From positions 2,688 to 66,687 of the forward strand of contig JADLGB010000142.1 of assembly GCA_020849535.1 (NCBI GenBank): a stretch of 64,000 nucleotides of DNA, written 5' to 3'. The position numbers were made by a program, and so were the translations under genes. Positions 8,449 to 16,975 of the stretch are shown piece after piece (the first letter of the stretch is position 1; every line of letters starts with the position of its first letter). Origin of the DNA: Candidatus Hydrogenedentota bacterium (GTDB taxonomy: Bacteria > Hydrogenedentota > Hydrogenedentia > Hydrogenedentales > SLHB01). The notes beneath the pieces were generated by a model. It ran no database searches, was not told where the DNA came from, and saw only the letters and a program-made list of their open reading frames with translations.

Positions 8449-9375
8449 ATGAAGCCAATCATCTTGGGCCAAGGCCGTCACACATACGAACTCGTCAGTG
8501 GGTGGGGCCGGCTCCCCTCGGGAGTCCACTACGGATACACGCACGGCGTTTGCGAAGACCGCAGCGGGTGCATCTATATTCATAATCAGAGTCCCCATGC
8601 GATGATGGTCTTCGACCCCGACGGCCAATTCGTTTCGTCCTGGGGCGAAGAGTATGAGAGCGGCGCGCACGGTCTCCAGCTCAACCGGGAAGACGGTGAG
8701 GAATTCCTGTACCTCGCGTTGACCAGCCAGAACCGTTGCGTGAAGACCACGCTGGACGGCGAAGTGGTCTGGGAGGTTGGATGTCCCATGGACTCCGGGG
8801 TCTACAAGGAGCCCGGCGAGTTTGTGCCCACGAACATCGCTATTGCGCCGAATGGCGACTTCTATGTGGCCGACGGTTACGGGTTAAGCTACATCCATCA
8901 ATACAACGCGAAGGTCGAGTACCTCCGCACTTGGGGCGGAAAGGGCAGCGCACCCGGCAAGATGAATTGCCCACACGGCATCTTCGTAGATACCCGCGGC
9001 GCACAGCCCGTGCTCGTCGTCGCGGACCGCGCCAACGTGCGTCTCCAGTACTTCGACCTCGAAGGCAAGCACCTGGGCTTCGTGACCGATGAACTGCGCT
9101 TCCCCTGCCATTTCGACATCCTCGAAGGCGACCTGCTCATTCCGGACCTCTACGGCCGCGTCACCATCTTCGACCGCAATAACAAACTCGTGGCACATCT
9201 CGGCGACAATCCCGGCGTCGAGAAGCAGGAGGGCTATCCCAACCTGCCGCACGCCGACCGCGTGCCCGGCAAGTTCATCTCGCCTCACGCCGCGATCTGG
9301 GATCGCGAAGGCAACCTCTACGTCGTCGAGTGGGTGAGCGACGGCCGCGTGACAAAGCTGCGGCGCACGTCATAG
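8449..9375 (+). CDS. six-bladed beta-propeller protein, NHL-repeat / peptidyl-alpha-hydroxyglycine lyase-like
   Basis: Start moved to ATG 8449 (MKPIILGQG...), with GGAGGA upstream. It shows repeated NHL-like blades (NGDFYVADGYG, HGIFVD...LVVADRAN, GNLYVVEW). The upstream part of ORF 8089.. is repeat DNA. Confidence 0.7.
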   Translation: MKPIILGQGRHTYELVSGWGRLPSGVHYGYTHGVCEDRSGCIYIHNQSPHAMMVFDPDGQFVSSWGEEYESGAHGLQLNREDGEEFLYLALTSQNRCVKTTLDGEVVWEVGCPMDSGVYKEPGEFVPTNIAIAPNGDFYVADGYGLSYIHQYNAKVEYLRTWGGKGSAPGKMNCPHGIFVDTRGAQPVLVVADRANVRLQYFDLEGKHLGFVTDELRFPCHFDILEGDLLIPDLYGRVTIFDRNNKLVAHLGDNPGVEKQEGYPNLPHADRVPGKFISPHAAIWDREGNLYVVEWVSDGRVTKLRRTS

Positions 9376-9377
9376 TC

Positions 9378-10820
9378 ATGTCCAAGCAGGACCCCATCAT
9401 GCACGCCAGCGGCCTCGTGGCCAAGCTGGGGCTTTTCACTACCGTGATGATCATCATGGGCAACATGATCGGCTCGGGCATCTTCAAGAAGGCCGCGCCC
9501 ATGGCGGCGGAGTTGCAGTCGCCCGGACTGCTTCTCATCTGCTGGCTCATCGCGGGGGTCATCACCTTGTTCGGGGCGCTGACCTACTCCGAGATCGCCG
9601 GCATGATCGCCGAACCGGGCGGCCTGTACCAATACCTCAAGCGGATGTACGGACGCGGGTTCGCGTTTCTCTTTGGCTGGTCGTCATTCACCGTCATTCA
9701 GACGGCGTCCATCAGCTCCATCGCCTATGTCTTTGGCGAAAGCGCGAACGCGCTGTACGGATTCCCCCGGCTCGCGCCCGAGTACGAAGCATGGTCCATC
9801 TTCGGATTGTTTCAACCGCTCGATAACCTCGGCGTGAAGCTGTTCACCATCGCCACGATTGCGGCGCTCACAACGGCGAATTACTTCGGCGTTGTTTTTG
9901 GAGGCGTCATCGCCAGCATCTCGACGTGCGTGAAACTCGCGGGAATCGCCGTGGTAATCCTGCTTGGGCTGTCGCTCAGCGGCGGAACCTTCGACCACCT
10001 CGCGCCCCTGCTTGAGAATCCTTCCGCCGAATACCGCACCTCGCTCGGCCTCTTCGGCGCGATGTTCGCCGCGTTTCTGGGTGCGTTCTGGGCCTACGAT
10101 GGATGGACCAACGTAGCTTCCCTCGGGGCGGAAGTGCGCAACGCGAAACGGAACATCCCGCTCGCACTCGCAATCGGGACCTTCGGCGTCATGGGCGTGT
10201 ACATGGCCATCAACGCGGCGTACCTCTACGTCATGCCGGTAGAAGACATGGCCGCGTTGACTCAGACCAAGAACAGCATCGTTGCCGTGGAAGTCATGCG
10301 CCGCGCGCTGGGCGAGGGCGGCGCCACCTTCATCGCGGTGCTCATACTCCTGTCCACCTTCGGCGCGACCAACTGCCAGTTGATGCCCCACTCGCGCGTG
10401 TACTTCGCCATGGCACGCGACAATCTCTTCTTCCGGGCCGCGGGCAACTGCCACCCCCTGCACCACACCCCGTCCACCTCGCTGATCATCCAGGCGGTCT
10501 GGGCGTCGCTGCTGGTGTTGAGCGGCACCTTCGACCAACTCACCGACATGGTGATCTTCGCGTCCTTCATCTTCTATGGCGCGGGCGCCTTCGGTGTGTT
10601 CGTGCTCCGGCGCACCATGAAGGACGAGCCGCGCTCCTACCGCGTGACCGGCTACCCGTTTGTGCCTGCGGCGTTCGTCCTGTTCTGCTGCACGCTCGTC
10701 CTCGTGACCATCTACCAGGACCCGAAGAACGCCTGCATCGGACTCGTACTCGTGTTTTCCGGCATTCCGTTCTACTGGTACTGGCGCGGACGGGACGGGG
10801 CGCAATCCCGATACTCGTGA
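9378..10820 (+). CDS. APC-superfamily amino acid permease
   Basis: Start at ATG 9378. The product has about 12 TM helices. The N-terminal signature is LGLFTTVMIIMGNMIGSGIF and the core motif is GAFWAYDGWTN. Confidence 0.85.
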   Translation: MSKQDPIMHASGLVAKLGLFTTVMIIMGNMIGSGIFKKAAPMAAELQSPGLLLICWLIAGVITLFGALTYSEIAGMIAEPGGLYQYLKRMYGRGFAFLFGWSSFTVIQTASISSIAYVFGESANALYGFPRLAPEYEAWSIFGLFQPLDNLGVKLFTIATIAALTTANYFGVVFGGVIASISTCVKLAGIAVVILLGLSLSGGTFDHLAPLLENPSAEYRTSLGLFGAMFAAFLGAFWAYDGWTNVASLGAEVRNAKRNIPLALAIGTFGVMGVYMAINAAYLYVMPVEDMAALTQTKNSIVAVEVMRRALGEGGATFIAVLILLSTFGATNCQLMPHSRVYFAMARDNLFFRAAGNCHPLHHTPSTSLIIQAVWASLLVLSGTFDQLTDMVIFASFIFYGAGAFGVFVLRRTMKDEPRSYRVTGYPFVPAAFVLFCCTLVLVTIYQDPKNACIGLVLVFSGIPFYWYWRGRDGAQSRYS

Positions 10821-10949
10821 AGGAGAACCTACGCTACCATTGAATGTGTTGCGCACACTCAAACGCGCAATGTATTCTCTATCTCAAATTGGAACTGCCT
10901 TATCTATCTAACCTTACCAGGTACCCGACCGCCACCAAGAGGAGTCCTC

Positions 10950-12488
10950 ATGCACTTTGGATCTACTCAACTGTTGGCAGCATGTTTGCTTGTTCAGGGA
11001 CTAATGCCAGGTGCTTGGCCTCAAGAAGTTCTCAAGCCGAATTTCGCTGAACTAGAAGCGCGTTGGGAATCTGCACGCCAGACGATCGGGCTGCCCGGCA
11101 TGGCCATCGCAGTGGTCAAGGATGACAACGTATCATACGAGAGAGGCTTCGGATATCGCGATCTCGACTCGAAGGCACCATTCACTGCGAACACGGCATC
11201 CTACATCGCCTCCGTCACCAAGACCTTCGTGACATTTGCCGTAATGCAGCAAGTAGACGCTGGCAGAGTGGACCTCGATAGGCCCGTGAAATCATACCTG
11301 CCGAGATTCCAGCTTGCCGATCAGGAACTTACCCAGCGCATTACGGTGCGGGATTTGCTCTGCCATCGCTTTGGGTTGTCCAATTGGCCCATCACCTTCG
11401 CCGAAGCGTACACAGGCATTCTGAACGACGACTTCTTCTACCGAGAGCTTTCCAGGACCGATGTGAAAGGGTCCTGGGCTTACAGCAATTTGCACTTCAC
11501 GCTGTTAGGGCGTCTTGTCGAAGCGGTAACCGGCCAATCCTGGCAACACTACCTTCAGGAGCATGTGTTCCTACCGGCCGTGATGGATCACACCACCGCG
11601 CGGGCCAGCGAGCTGTACGCCATCGCCGATCACGCCACGCCCTATATCTGGAGGGACGGCGTATGGCGGGCAAGCTCTTTTCGCAAGGCCGATAGCACCA
11701 TGCACGCAGCGGGGGGTATCGGCTCGTCAGCCCACGACCTGGCGCTATGGATCCTGCTGCACCTGAATTCGGGAGCTCTCGAGGACAGGCGCCTTCTTAG
11801 CGACGCGGCTGTGACGCAGATTCTGACTGCGCAGGTCAAGCCGAAAAGCCGTTACTTCATGTTCGGCCGCAAAGAAATGGGGCTTGGGTGGTATCTTGGG
11901 GATTACAAAGACGATCTCCTTGTACATCACTTTGGTAGTTACGCGGGCGCCCACGCCCACGTCTCGTTCATGCCTGAGCACAAGCTGGGCGTGGCAGTTG
12001 TCACTAATTCCGACGAAGACATGGCTATGCTTGTGCACCTCATGGCGGCCGATGTCTATGACGCGTATCTCGGGCGTACGCCAAGCAGAGACCTGGGCCG
12101 TTTCGTCAGGAAAATGAAGCGGGGACGTGAAATGGCCAATAGGAAGATGAGGGAACTGCCGGCACATACCACCGCCTTGGCATTGCCAAAATCCTGTGAC
12201 GCCTACACGGGGACCTACCTCAGCGAATCGTGGGGGATTCTCGAAATATCTCGTGATGGCGACGGCCTTGCAGGACATGACGGCAACTTCCCCCTATCAT
12301 TCTATCAGGATGACCGCGGGGACGTTGTTGCAGACACACCCCTTGGAAACTTCCAGGTTGAGTTCATCGATGGAACTGAAGGCGGCATCGCCGGGATTCA
12401 CATTGTCATGAGCGGTGAAGCGACCATGTCCTTCTATAGGTGCCTGGGCGGGCCAAACACAGCCACAAAACGAAAGAGTGCTGAATGA
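10950..12488 (+). CDS. secreted serine hydrolase of the beta-lactamase/esterase (class C-related) family
   Basis: It has a signal peptide, with GAGGAG upstream of the ATG. The SxxK motif is ASVTKTF within a typical EstB/AmpC-like context (GFGYRD...TANTASYIASVTK). Confidence 0.8.
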   Translation: MHFGSTQLLAACLLVQGLMPGAWPQEVLKPNFAELEARWESARQTIGLPGMAIAVVKDDNVSYERGFGYRDLDSKAPFTANTASYIASVTKTFVTFAVMQQVDAGRVDLDRPVKSYLPRFQLADQELTQRITVRDLLCHRFGLSNWPITFAEAYTGILNDDFFYRELSRTDVKGSWAYSNLHFTLLGRLVEAVTGQSWQHYLQEHVFLPAVMDHTTARASELYAIADHATPYIWRDGVWRASSFRKADSTMHAAGGIGSSAHDLALWILLHLNSGALEDRRLLSDAAVTQILTAQVKPKSRYFMFGRKEMGLGWYLGDYKDDLLVHHFGSYAGAHAHVSFMPEHKLGVAVVTNSDEDMAMLVHLMAADVYDAYLGRTPSRDLGRFVRKMKRGREMANRKMRELPAHTTALALPKSCDAYTGTYLSESWGILEISRDGDGLAGHDGNFPLSFYQDDRGDVVADTPLGNFQVEFIDGTEGGIAGIHIVMSGEATMSFYRCLGGPNTATKRKSAE

Positions 12489-13822
12489 CCACGGGACATA
12501 CCAGCAACGAAATCGGGCAGGCACCTGACAATCCTCCATCGGCAAACGCTGAGGGACGGTCGAGAAGGGGCCGTATCCTTCGCGTCATTGTGCTGTTCGC
12601 CGCACTGCTTCTTGTTGCCGGAGTCATCATCGTCCGAAAGACTCTTGCATACACGATCTGGGGATTCGACATGCCAGCGCTGCAAGGAAACTACGAAGTC
12701 GGCAGAGTATCGTGGGATGTTTTGAGTCCGGACCGCATGGAAGTCTTCTCCGAAGATCCCGCAGATCGCCGTGAGATACGGGTTGATGTTTACTACCCTG
12801 CAAAGGACAGTTCCGTCCGGCAGCCCGGAGTGTACCTTGAGCCCCAAATCGCGGAAGGCGTCACCGGTTTGCCTGCTTTCGTCGTGAGCAAGATCCGGCC
12901 CAATTGGCGACCCGGCGCCGAGCCCGACCGCTCCGGCGCGCCCTACCCCGTTCTTCTGTTTTCGCCGGGCGTTGAGGGTCCTCCGGTGTTCTACACGAGT
13001 CTCCTCGAGCAACTTGCCAGTCAGGGTTACGTGATTGTTGCGTTGTGGCACCCATACACAACCTCCCGGACCCTTTTCTCCGACGGACGTATTGTGGAAT
13101 CAAAATACGAAGCGAATGGCGCCATGTGGGAAGGGGACGAAGCCTCGCGTGAGGCGGCCAAGCAGCGCGTGTCCGCAGTCTGGGCTGAGGATGTACGCAT
13201 GGCCCTGGACGAAGTGGCGAAACGGAACGAAGACGAAGAGTACGGAGGCCTATTCGACCTCCAGCGCGTCGGCGTATTCGGGCACTCCTTTGGCGGACAG
13301 AACGCCGCAGCGGCCATGACCATCGACCCGCGCATACGTGCCGGCCTCAACATGGATGGCACCGCTGTCTATCAGCCAATCCTGGACAAGGGGGTCACGG
13401 GCGCCTTCGCGCTCCTATACGATACCTTCGAGCCGCCGCCGATTGAATACTTACAGTCCAAGGGCAAGAGCACGCGCGAGTGGTGGATCGAAGACTGGAG
13501 CCCTCGAAACTGCCCCAACGCCCTGCGTCAAAACGCCTCACAGTTCTACGCCTTCCAGATTGATGGTCTGAGCCACGAGGGCTTCTGCACCGATTTGTCG
13601 CTGCTTCAGGAGGTCTTCCCTTTTGCCATCACACAGGATATGGTCGGCACCGTAGATGGACGACGCCTTTTGGATATGCTCAGCACCTTGGTCCAGGGAT
13701 TCTTTGACAAGCACCTCTCCGGCAAGGAGGTGCCATTCCTGCAGCAGCCGCAAGAGGCCTTCCCGGAGCTGCACACGGGCATCAAGGGATATCCTGATCC
13801 GTCGCTGGCCCCGCCAAATTGA
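12485..13822 (+). CDS. membrane-anchored alpha/beta hydrolase, PAF-acetylhydrolase/lipase-like
   Basis: It has an ATGA start/stop overlap with the previous gene and an N-terminal TM anchor (ILRVIVLFAALLLVAGVIIV). The nucleophile elbow is GHSFGG, within the context VGVFGHSFGGQNAAAA. Confidence 0.75.
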   Translation: MTTGHTSNEIGQAPDNPPSANAEGRSRRGRILRVIVLFAALLLVAGVIIVRKTLAYTIWGFDMPALQGNYEVGRVSWDVLSPDRMEVFSEDPADRREIRVDVYYPAKDSSVRQPGVYLEPQIAEGVTGLPAFVVSKIRPNWRPGAEPDRSGAPYPVLLFSPGVEGPPVFYTSLLEQLASQGYVIVALWHPYTTSRTLFSDGRIVESKYEANGAMWEGDEASREAAKQRVSAVWAEDVRMALDEVAKRNEDEEYGGLFDLQRVGVFGHSFGGQNAAAAMTIDPRIRAGLNMDGTAVYQPILDKGVTGAFALLYDTFEPPPIEYLQSKGKSTREWWIEDWSPRNCPNALRQNASQFYAFQIDGLSHEGFCTDLSLLQEVFPFAITQDMVGTVDGRRLLDMLSTLVQGFFDKHLSGKEVPFLQQPQEAFPELHTGIKGYPDPSLAPPN

Positions 13823-13872
13823 ATCGTAGCCGAGAACCGAACAACCGCGCCATCCACGCCCCTTCCCCTGTC

Positions 13873-13902
13873 TTGACAGGGCTTACCAGCGTTCGCTACC
13901 AT
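13873..13902 (+). promoter_or_regulatory. candidate sigma70-type promoter for the tRNA pair
   Basis: TTGACA at 13873..13878 is followed by an 18-nt spacer and TACCAT at 13897..13902, which lies 11 nt before the tRNA-Gln 5' end. This is a sequence pattern only. Confidence 0.4.
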
Positions 13903-13913
13903 ACTGGCGGCGA

Positions 13914-13989
13914 TGCCGGATGGCCAAATTGGTAAGGCTCCTGACTCTGGATCAGGCAATTCTAGGTTCGAATCCTAGTCCGGCAACCA
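13914..13989 (+). tRNA. tRNA-Gln (anticodon CTG)
   Basis: Hand-folded cloverleaf: acceptor TGCCGGA/TCCGGCA, D arm GCCA-AATTGGTA-AGGC, anticodon arm CCTGA-CTCTGGA-TCAGG, and T arm CTAGG-TTCGAAT-CCTAG. The discriminator is A and CCA is encoded. Confidence 0.9.
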
Positions 13990-14028
13990 TGTTGATCCCG
14001 GGCGCTTGCACGTGCCCGTAAGAACCGC

Positions 14029-14103
14029 GGCCCGTTCATCTAGCGGTTAGGATGCGGGATTCTCAGTCCCGTCACAGGGGTTCGATTCCCCTACGGGCTG
14101 CCA
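14029..14103 (+). tRNA. tRNA-Glu (anticodon CTC)
   Basis: Hand-folded cloverleaf: acceptor GGCCCGT/ACGGGCT (G1-U72 wobble), anticodon arm CGGGA-TTCTCAG-TCCCG, and T arm AGGGG-TTCGATT-CCCCT. The discriminator is G and CCA is encoded. The layout parallels E. coli tRNA-Glu. Confidence 0.9.
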
Positions 14104-14363
14104 TATTATCATAAGTGTGGCGGCTAAAGGACTTACAGACTTTGGCCTCCCGCCTTCCTCCCGAAAACACCTGAGAATATGCGGAATCCGGGCCGGGGTT
14201 CCTGGAACCGGGTTCCAAAATCCCGCTTGGTTCCGCGAATCCCGGACGTCATCACAGCCCGCGCGATCACCCAAGCCGCCGCAGGTGCCTCCAGGCACCT
14301 CGATAAATCTTGCTGAAAGATCGCCCCCCTCTGTTGTACAATTCTGGAAGTGGGGGACACGCC

Positions 14364-16103
14364 ATGAAACTCGTCTTCCTATTTGGATTCTCAACTGCCC
14401 TCGCCCTCCTTATGCTCTACCCCATGTTTGACGCCAGGGAAGGCATGCCCTCGGCGGACGGTGTGATCATGGCATGGAACCGGTGGCATTGCGCAGAGTG
14501 CGTATTAGCCTGCCGGAACCCTCTTCACACAGACCTCTTTCTCTACCCACGCGGTGTCTCCCTCGCAAAGCATACATTGTCACCTGGTTTTGCGCCTGTG
14601 GATATCACAGTCAAATGGCTGTCAAACAATTCACCCTTCTGGCCTTTCTACGCGCTGCGGGTTGTCGTATTCGGCTCATTTGTAACCCTGTTTGCCCTGA
14701 CCTATATCCTGCTTCGAGAGCTGTCCTGCGGTCGCGTGGCGAGCGGCGTTGTGTCCGCATGTTTCACCTATGCAGACTTCTTCATCAGTCACGCGCAATA
14801 CCCGCAGTTCGCCGCGATGTGGCTTTATCCACTTTGTACTTTACTTCTACTCAGGCTCTGCCGCCGGCCATCATTCGGGTGGCTGCTCGCATTGGCCATC
14901 ACGGTCGGCGCCTCCGTCTACTTCACGGAAATGGTCGCGCTTTGGTGTCTCGGCGTAACGCTTGTGGCTCTACTCCGTTTTCCGCAAATGCTCGCAGTGT
15001 TGCGGCAAACGCGCCCGTGGTGGTGGCTGGCATCCGGCGCTTGCAGTGCGATCATCGCCGCGCCATTTCTCCTGGCGTTCGCGGCTTCGGATGGAGCCAC
15101 GCAGGCCGACACGGCCCGGTACCTCAGCGCGGATTTTACGGGCTTTCTCATTCCAGCGGATCAGCTAAACCCATTCGCAGCCCGTCTGGTTCAGACAATA
15201 CTTGGGGTCCAATACGATACTCGTGTCGAAATATGGCTTGGTTGGATCTTGCCATTGGGAGCCCTGTTGAGTCTCGTCATGACCCAAGAACGCCGCAGTA
15301 GTTGGCCGTTTCTTGCCGTGGCAGGCGGGGTTCTGCTGCTTTCAGTCGGACCCGATCTCAGAATGGGGGAGACCGTTTACCAAGACGTAATGCCTTGGGT
15401 TGATTTCGCGAGAGTTCCACCATTCTGTTGCTGCCGGGCGCCTTATCGGCTATTGCCTGCCGCGCTCTTCGCCTTGTCAATTCCCGCGGGCCTGGCGCTG
15501 AGCCGCATCGGCTCGGCAAAGCACGGCAAGTGGGTGCTGACAGCGTGTGTTGCCCTCGCGGCCGTTGAAGTATACGCGCCCGACAACAACGTGGCAGCCA
15601 GCGATCGTTCAGGATTCGCGCTCTGCAATGTCTTTGCGACGCCGCCGCCCGAATTCGTCGAGCACATTACGTCCGAAGGTGTGCCGGGCCCATGGGCGAC
15701 GTTTCCGCCGAGTTTCTATGATACGGCGGGGGTCTACGCGCAGATGTTCCACCACCAACCCATCTGCGCCGGGCTGTGGGTGTCGCGGTGGTCTACGAGG
15801 CAGGAAATGGACTACTGGGAGTATCACGCCGTCTATGCTCACGCTATCCGGGAGCAGAACCCAGAGATACTTACCACGTGGCTACGCGAGCGGGGCGTTT
15901 GCAATCTTCTCGTCACGCGGTTGGACGCACTGGATGGATCGGGATTGGATTGCATGGCACATACCATTAATGTGGTCGATTGCCGCCACGTGTTCACGCC
16001 TGAGAACGACCCTTTTGCGCATGCTATCCGGCAGGTGCGGAGAATTGAGATCCCCAGAACTGCGACAGCTACGCCTGGATCGGCGGCCACGCGGGGGCTG
16101 TGA
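14364..16103 (+). CDS. large polytopic membrane protein, possibly GT-C-type glycosyltransferase-like (function unknown)
   Basis: Start moved to ATG 14364 (MKLVFLFGFSTALALLMLYP). The product is about 580 aa with more than 10 hydrophobic segments followed by a soluble C-terminal region. No diagnostic motif was recognised, so the functional guess is weak. Confidence 0.6.
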   Translation: MKLVFLFGFSTALALLMLYPMFDAREGMPSADGVIMAWNRWHCAECVLACRNPLHTDLFLYPRGVSLAKHTLSPGFAPVDITVKWLSNNSPFWPFYALRVVVFGSFVTLFALTYILLRELSCGRVASGVVSACFTYADFFISHAQYPQFAAMWLYPLCTLLLLRLCRRPSFGWLLALAITVGASVYFTEMVALWCLGVTLVALLRFPQMLAVLRQTRPWWWLASGACSAIIAAPFLLAFAASDGATQADTARYLSADFTGFLIPADQLNPFAARLVQTILGVQYDTRVEIWLGWILPLGALLSLVMTQERRSSWPFLAVAGGVLLLSVGPDLRMGETVYQDVMPWVDFARVPPFCCCRAPYRLLPAALFALSIPAGLALSRIGSAKHGKWVLTACVALAAVEVYAPDNNVAASDRSGFALCNVFATPPPEFVEHITSEGVPGPWATFPPSFYDTAGVYAQMFHHQPICAGLWVSRWSTRQEMDYWEYHAVYAHAIREQNPEILTTWLRERGVCNLLVTRLDALDGSGLDCMAHTINVVDCRHVFTPENDPFAHAIRQVRRIEIPRTATATPGSAATRGL

Positions 16104-16975
16104 ATCTGCGATGCAGAGCGATTGGCGGCGGGTCTTCATCCTGGAAACGGCAGTTGCGCTATCTCCATGTTGTGAGGTTGGTATTGCACAACGCATTGAA
16201 GAGAACGGTACTGTCACCGTCTGGGAGCGTACCGTTCGACTGGCGAGGTGCTATCTGCATGGTTAGCCACGTTGTCCCCGCGTTCGCGAGGATGACGAGC
16301 GTGGCGTTCCCAGGCTCGACTGCCGTTCTTAGGTTCATACCGGATGCAGACAAAGGGCCCGCGTAGGGCCCCTTCCCAACGGGAAGGAAGGGGAGTCTCC
16401 ACTCCTGCCCCCCCGCCTTTCTTGACGTACGTATCTGGCTACCCATTCCCCTCTGTATCTCCAGTCCTTCTTCCGAACCCGAAGGTACGTCCTGCGCATT
16501 CCTCTACACACCGTGGTGCACGTGCCGCGGCATGCGACACACCTGCGGCAAGGGTGATCTCTGGTGGACAATAGTTGGTCATGCCTGACAATGCATTGCG
16601 TGGCCACATACCCAATGGCGATTATCTCAGTATTCTTAGTTAATGCAAACCCTTGCCGACTAACACTCATTCCCAGTACATCGAAAAAATTAGACAGGTA
16701 TGGAAATTGCTTCGATGCAGTACAACTGCAAGGTTTACCAATTCGCGTGTAAGTAGAAGTCTGCGCATTCGCCGAATGACGTGGGGACTCGCTGTATCTG
16801 CGAGGGACGGCTGGCCGGAGCGTGCTGCGGACCGTTTCGCCGTGGTTGCGGGCGTTCACCGGCGCTCGCGACGCCGCAGCGCCACATGTGAACTCCCGGG
16901 CCGGGACCGCCTCCGCGTGGCGAGCAGCCCGCCCGGCCGAGAGAGCATTCGACGGACAAGGAGATCCCGAACCGC

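Noticed and set aside
9684-10862. 392-aa ORF on the - strand
   Set aside because: It lies antisense to the APC permease. The composition is dominated by R/G/E/H/D and no TM or domain signatures are present. Shadow ORF.
10950-12488. Beta-lactamase-family gene as the effector controlled by the BlaI/BlaR1-like pair
   Set aside because: It lies 21 kb away on an unrelated transcription unit. It belongs to the broad class C-related esterase/serine hydrolase group, and no ATTACA-NN-TGTAAT dyad is visible upstream.
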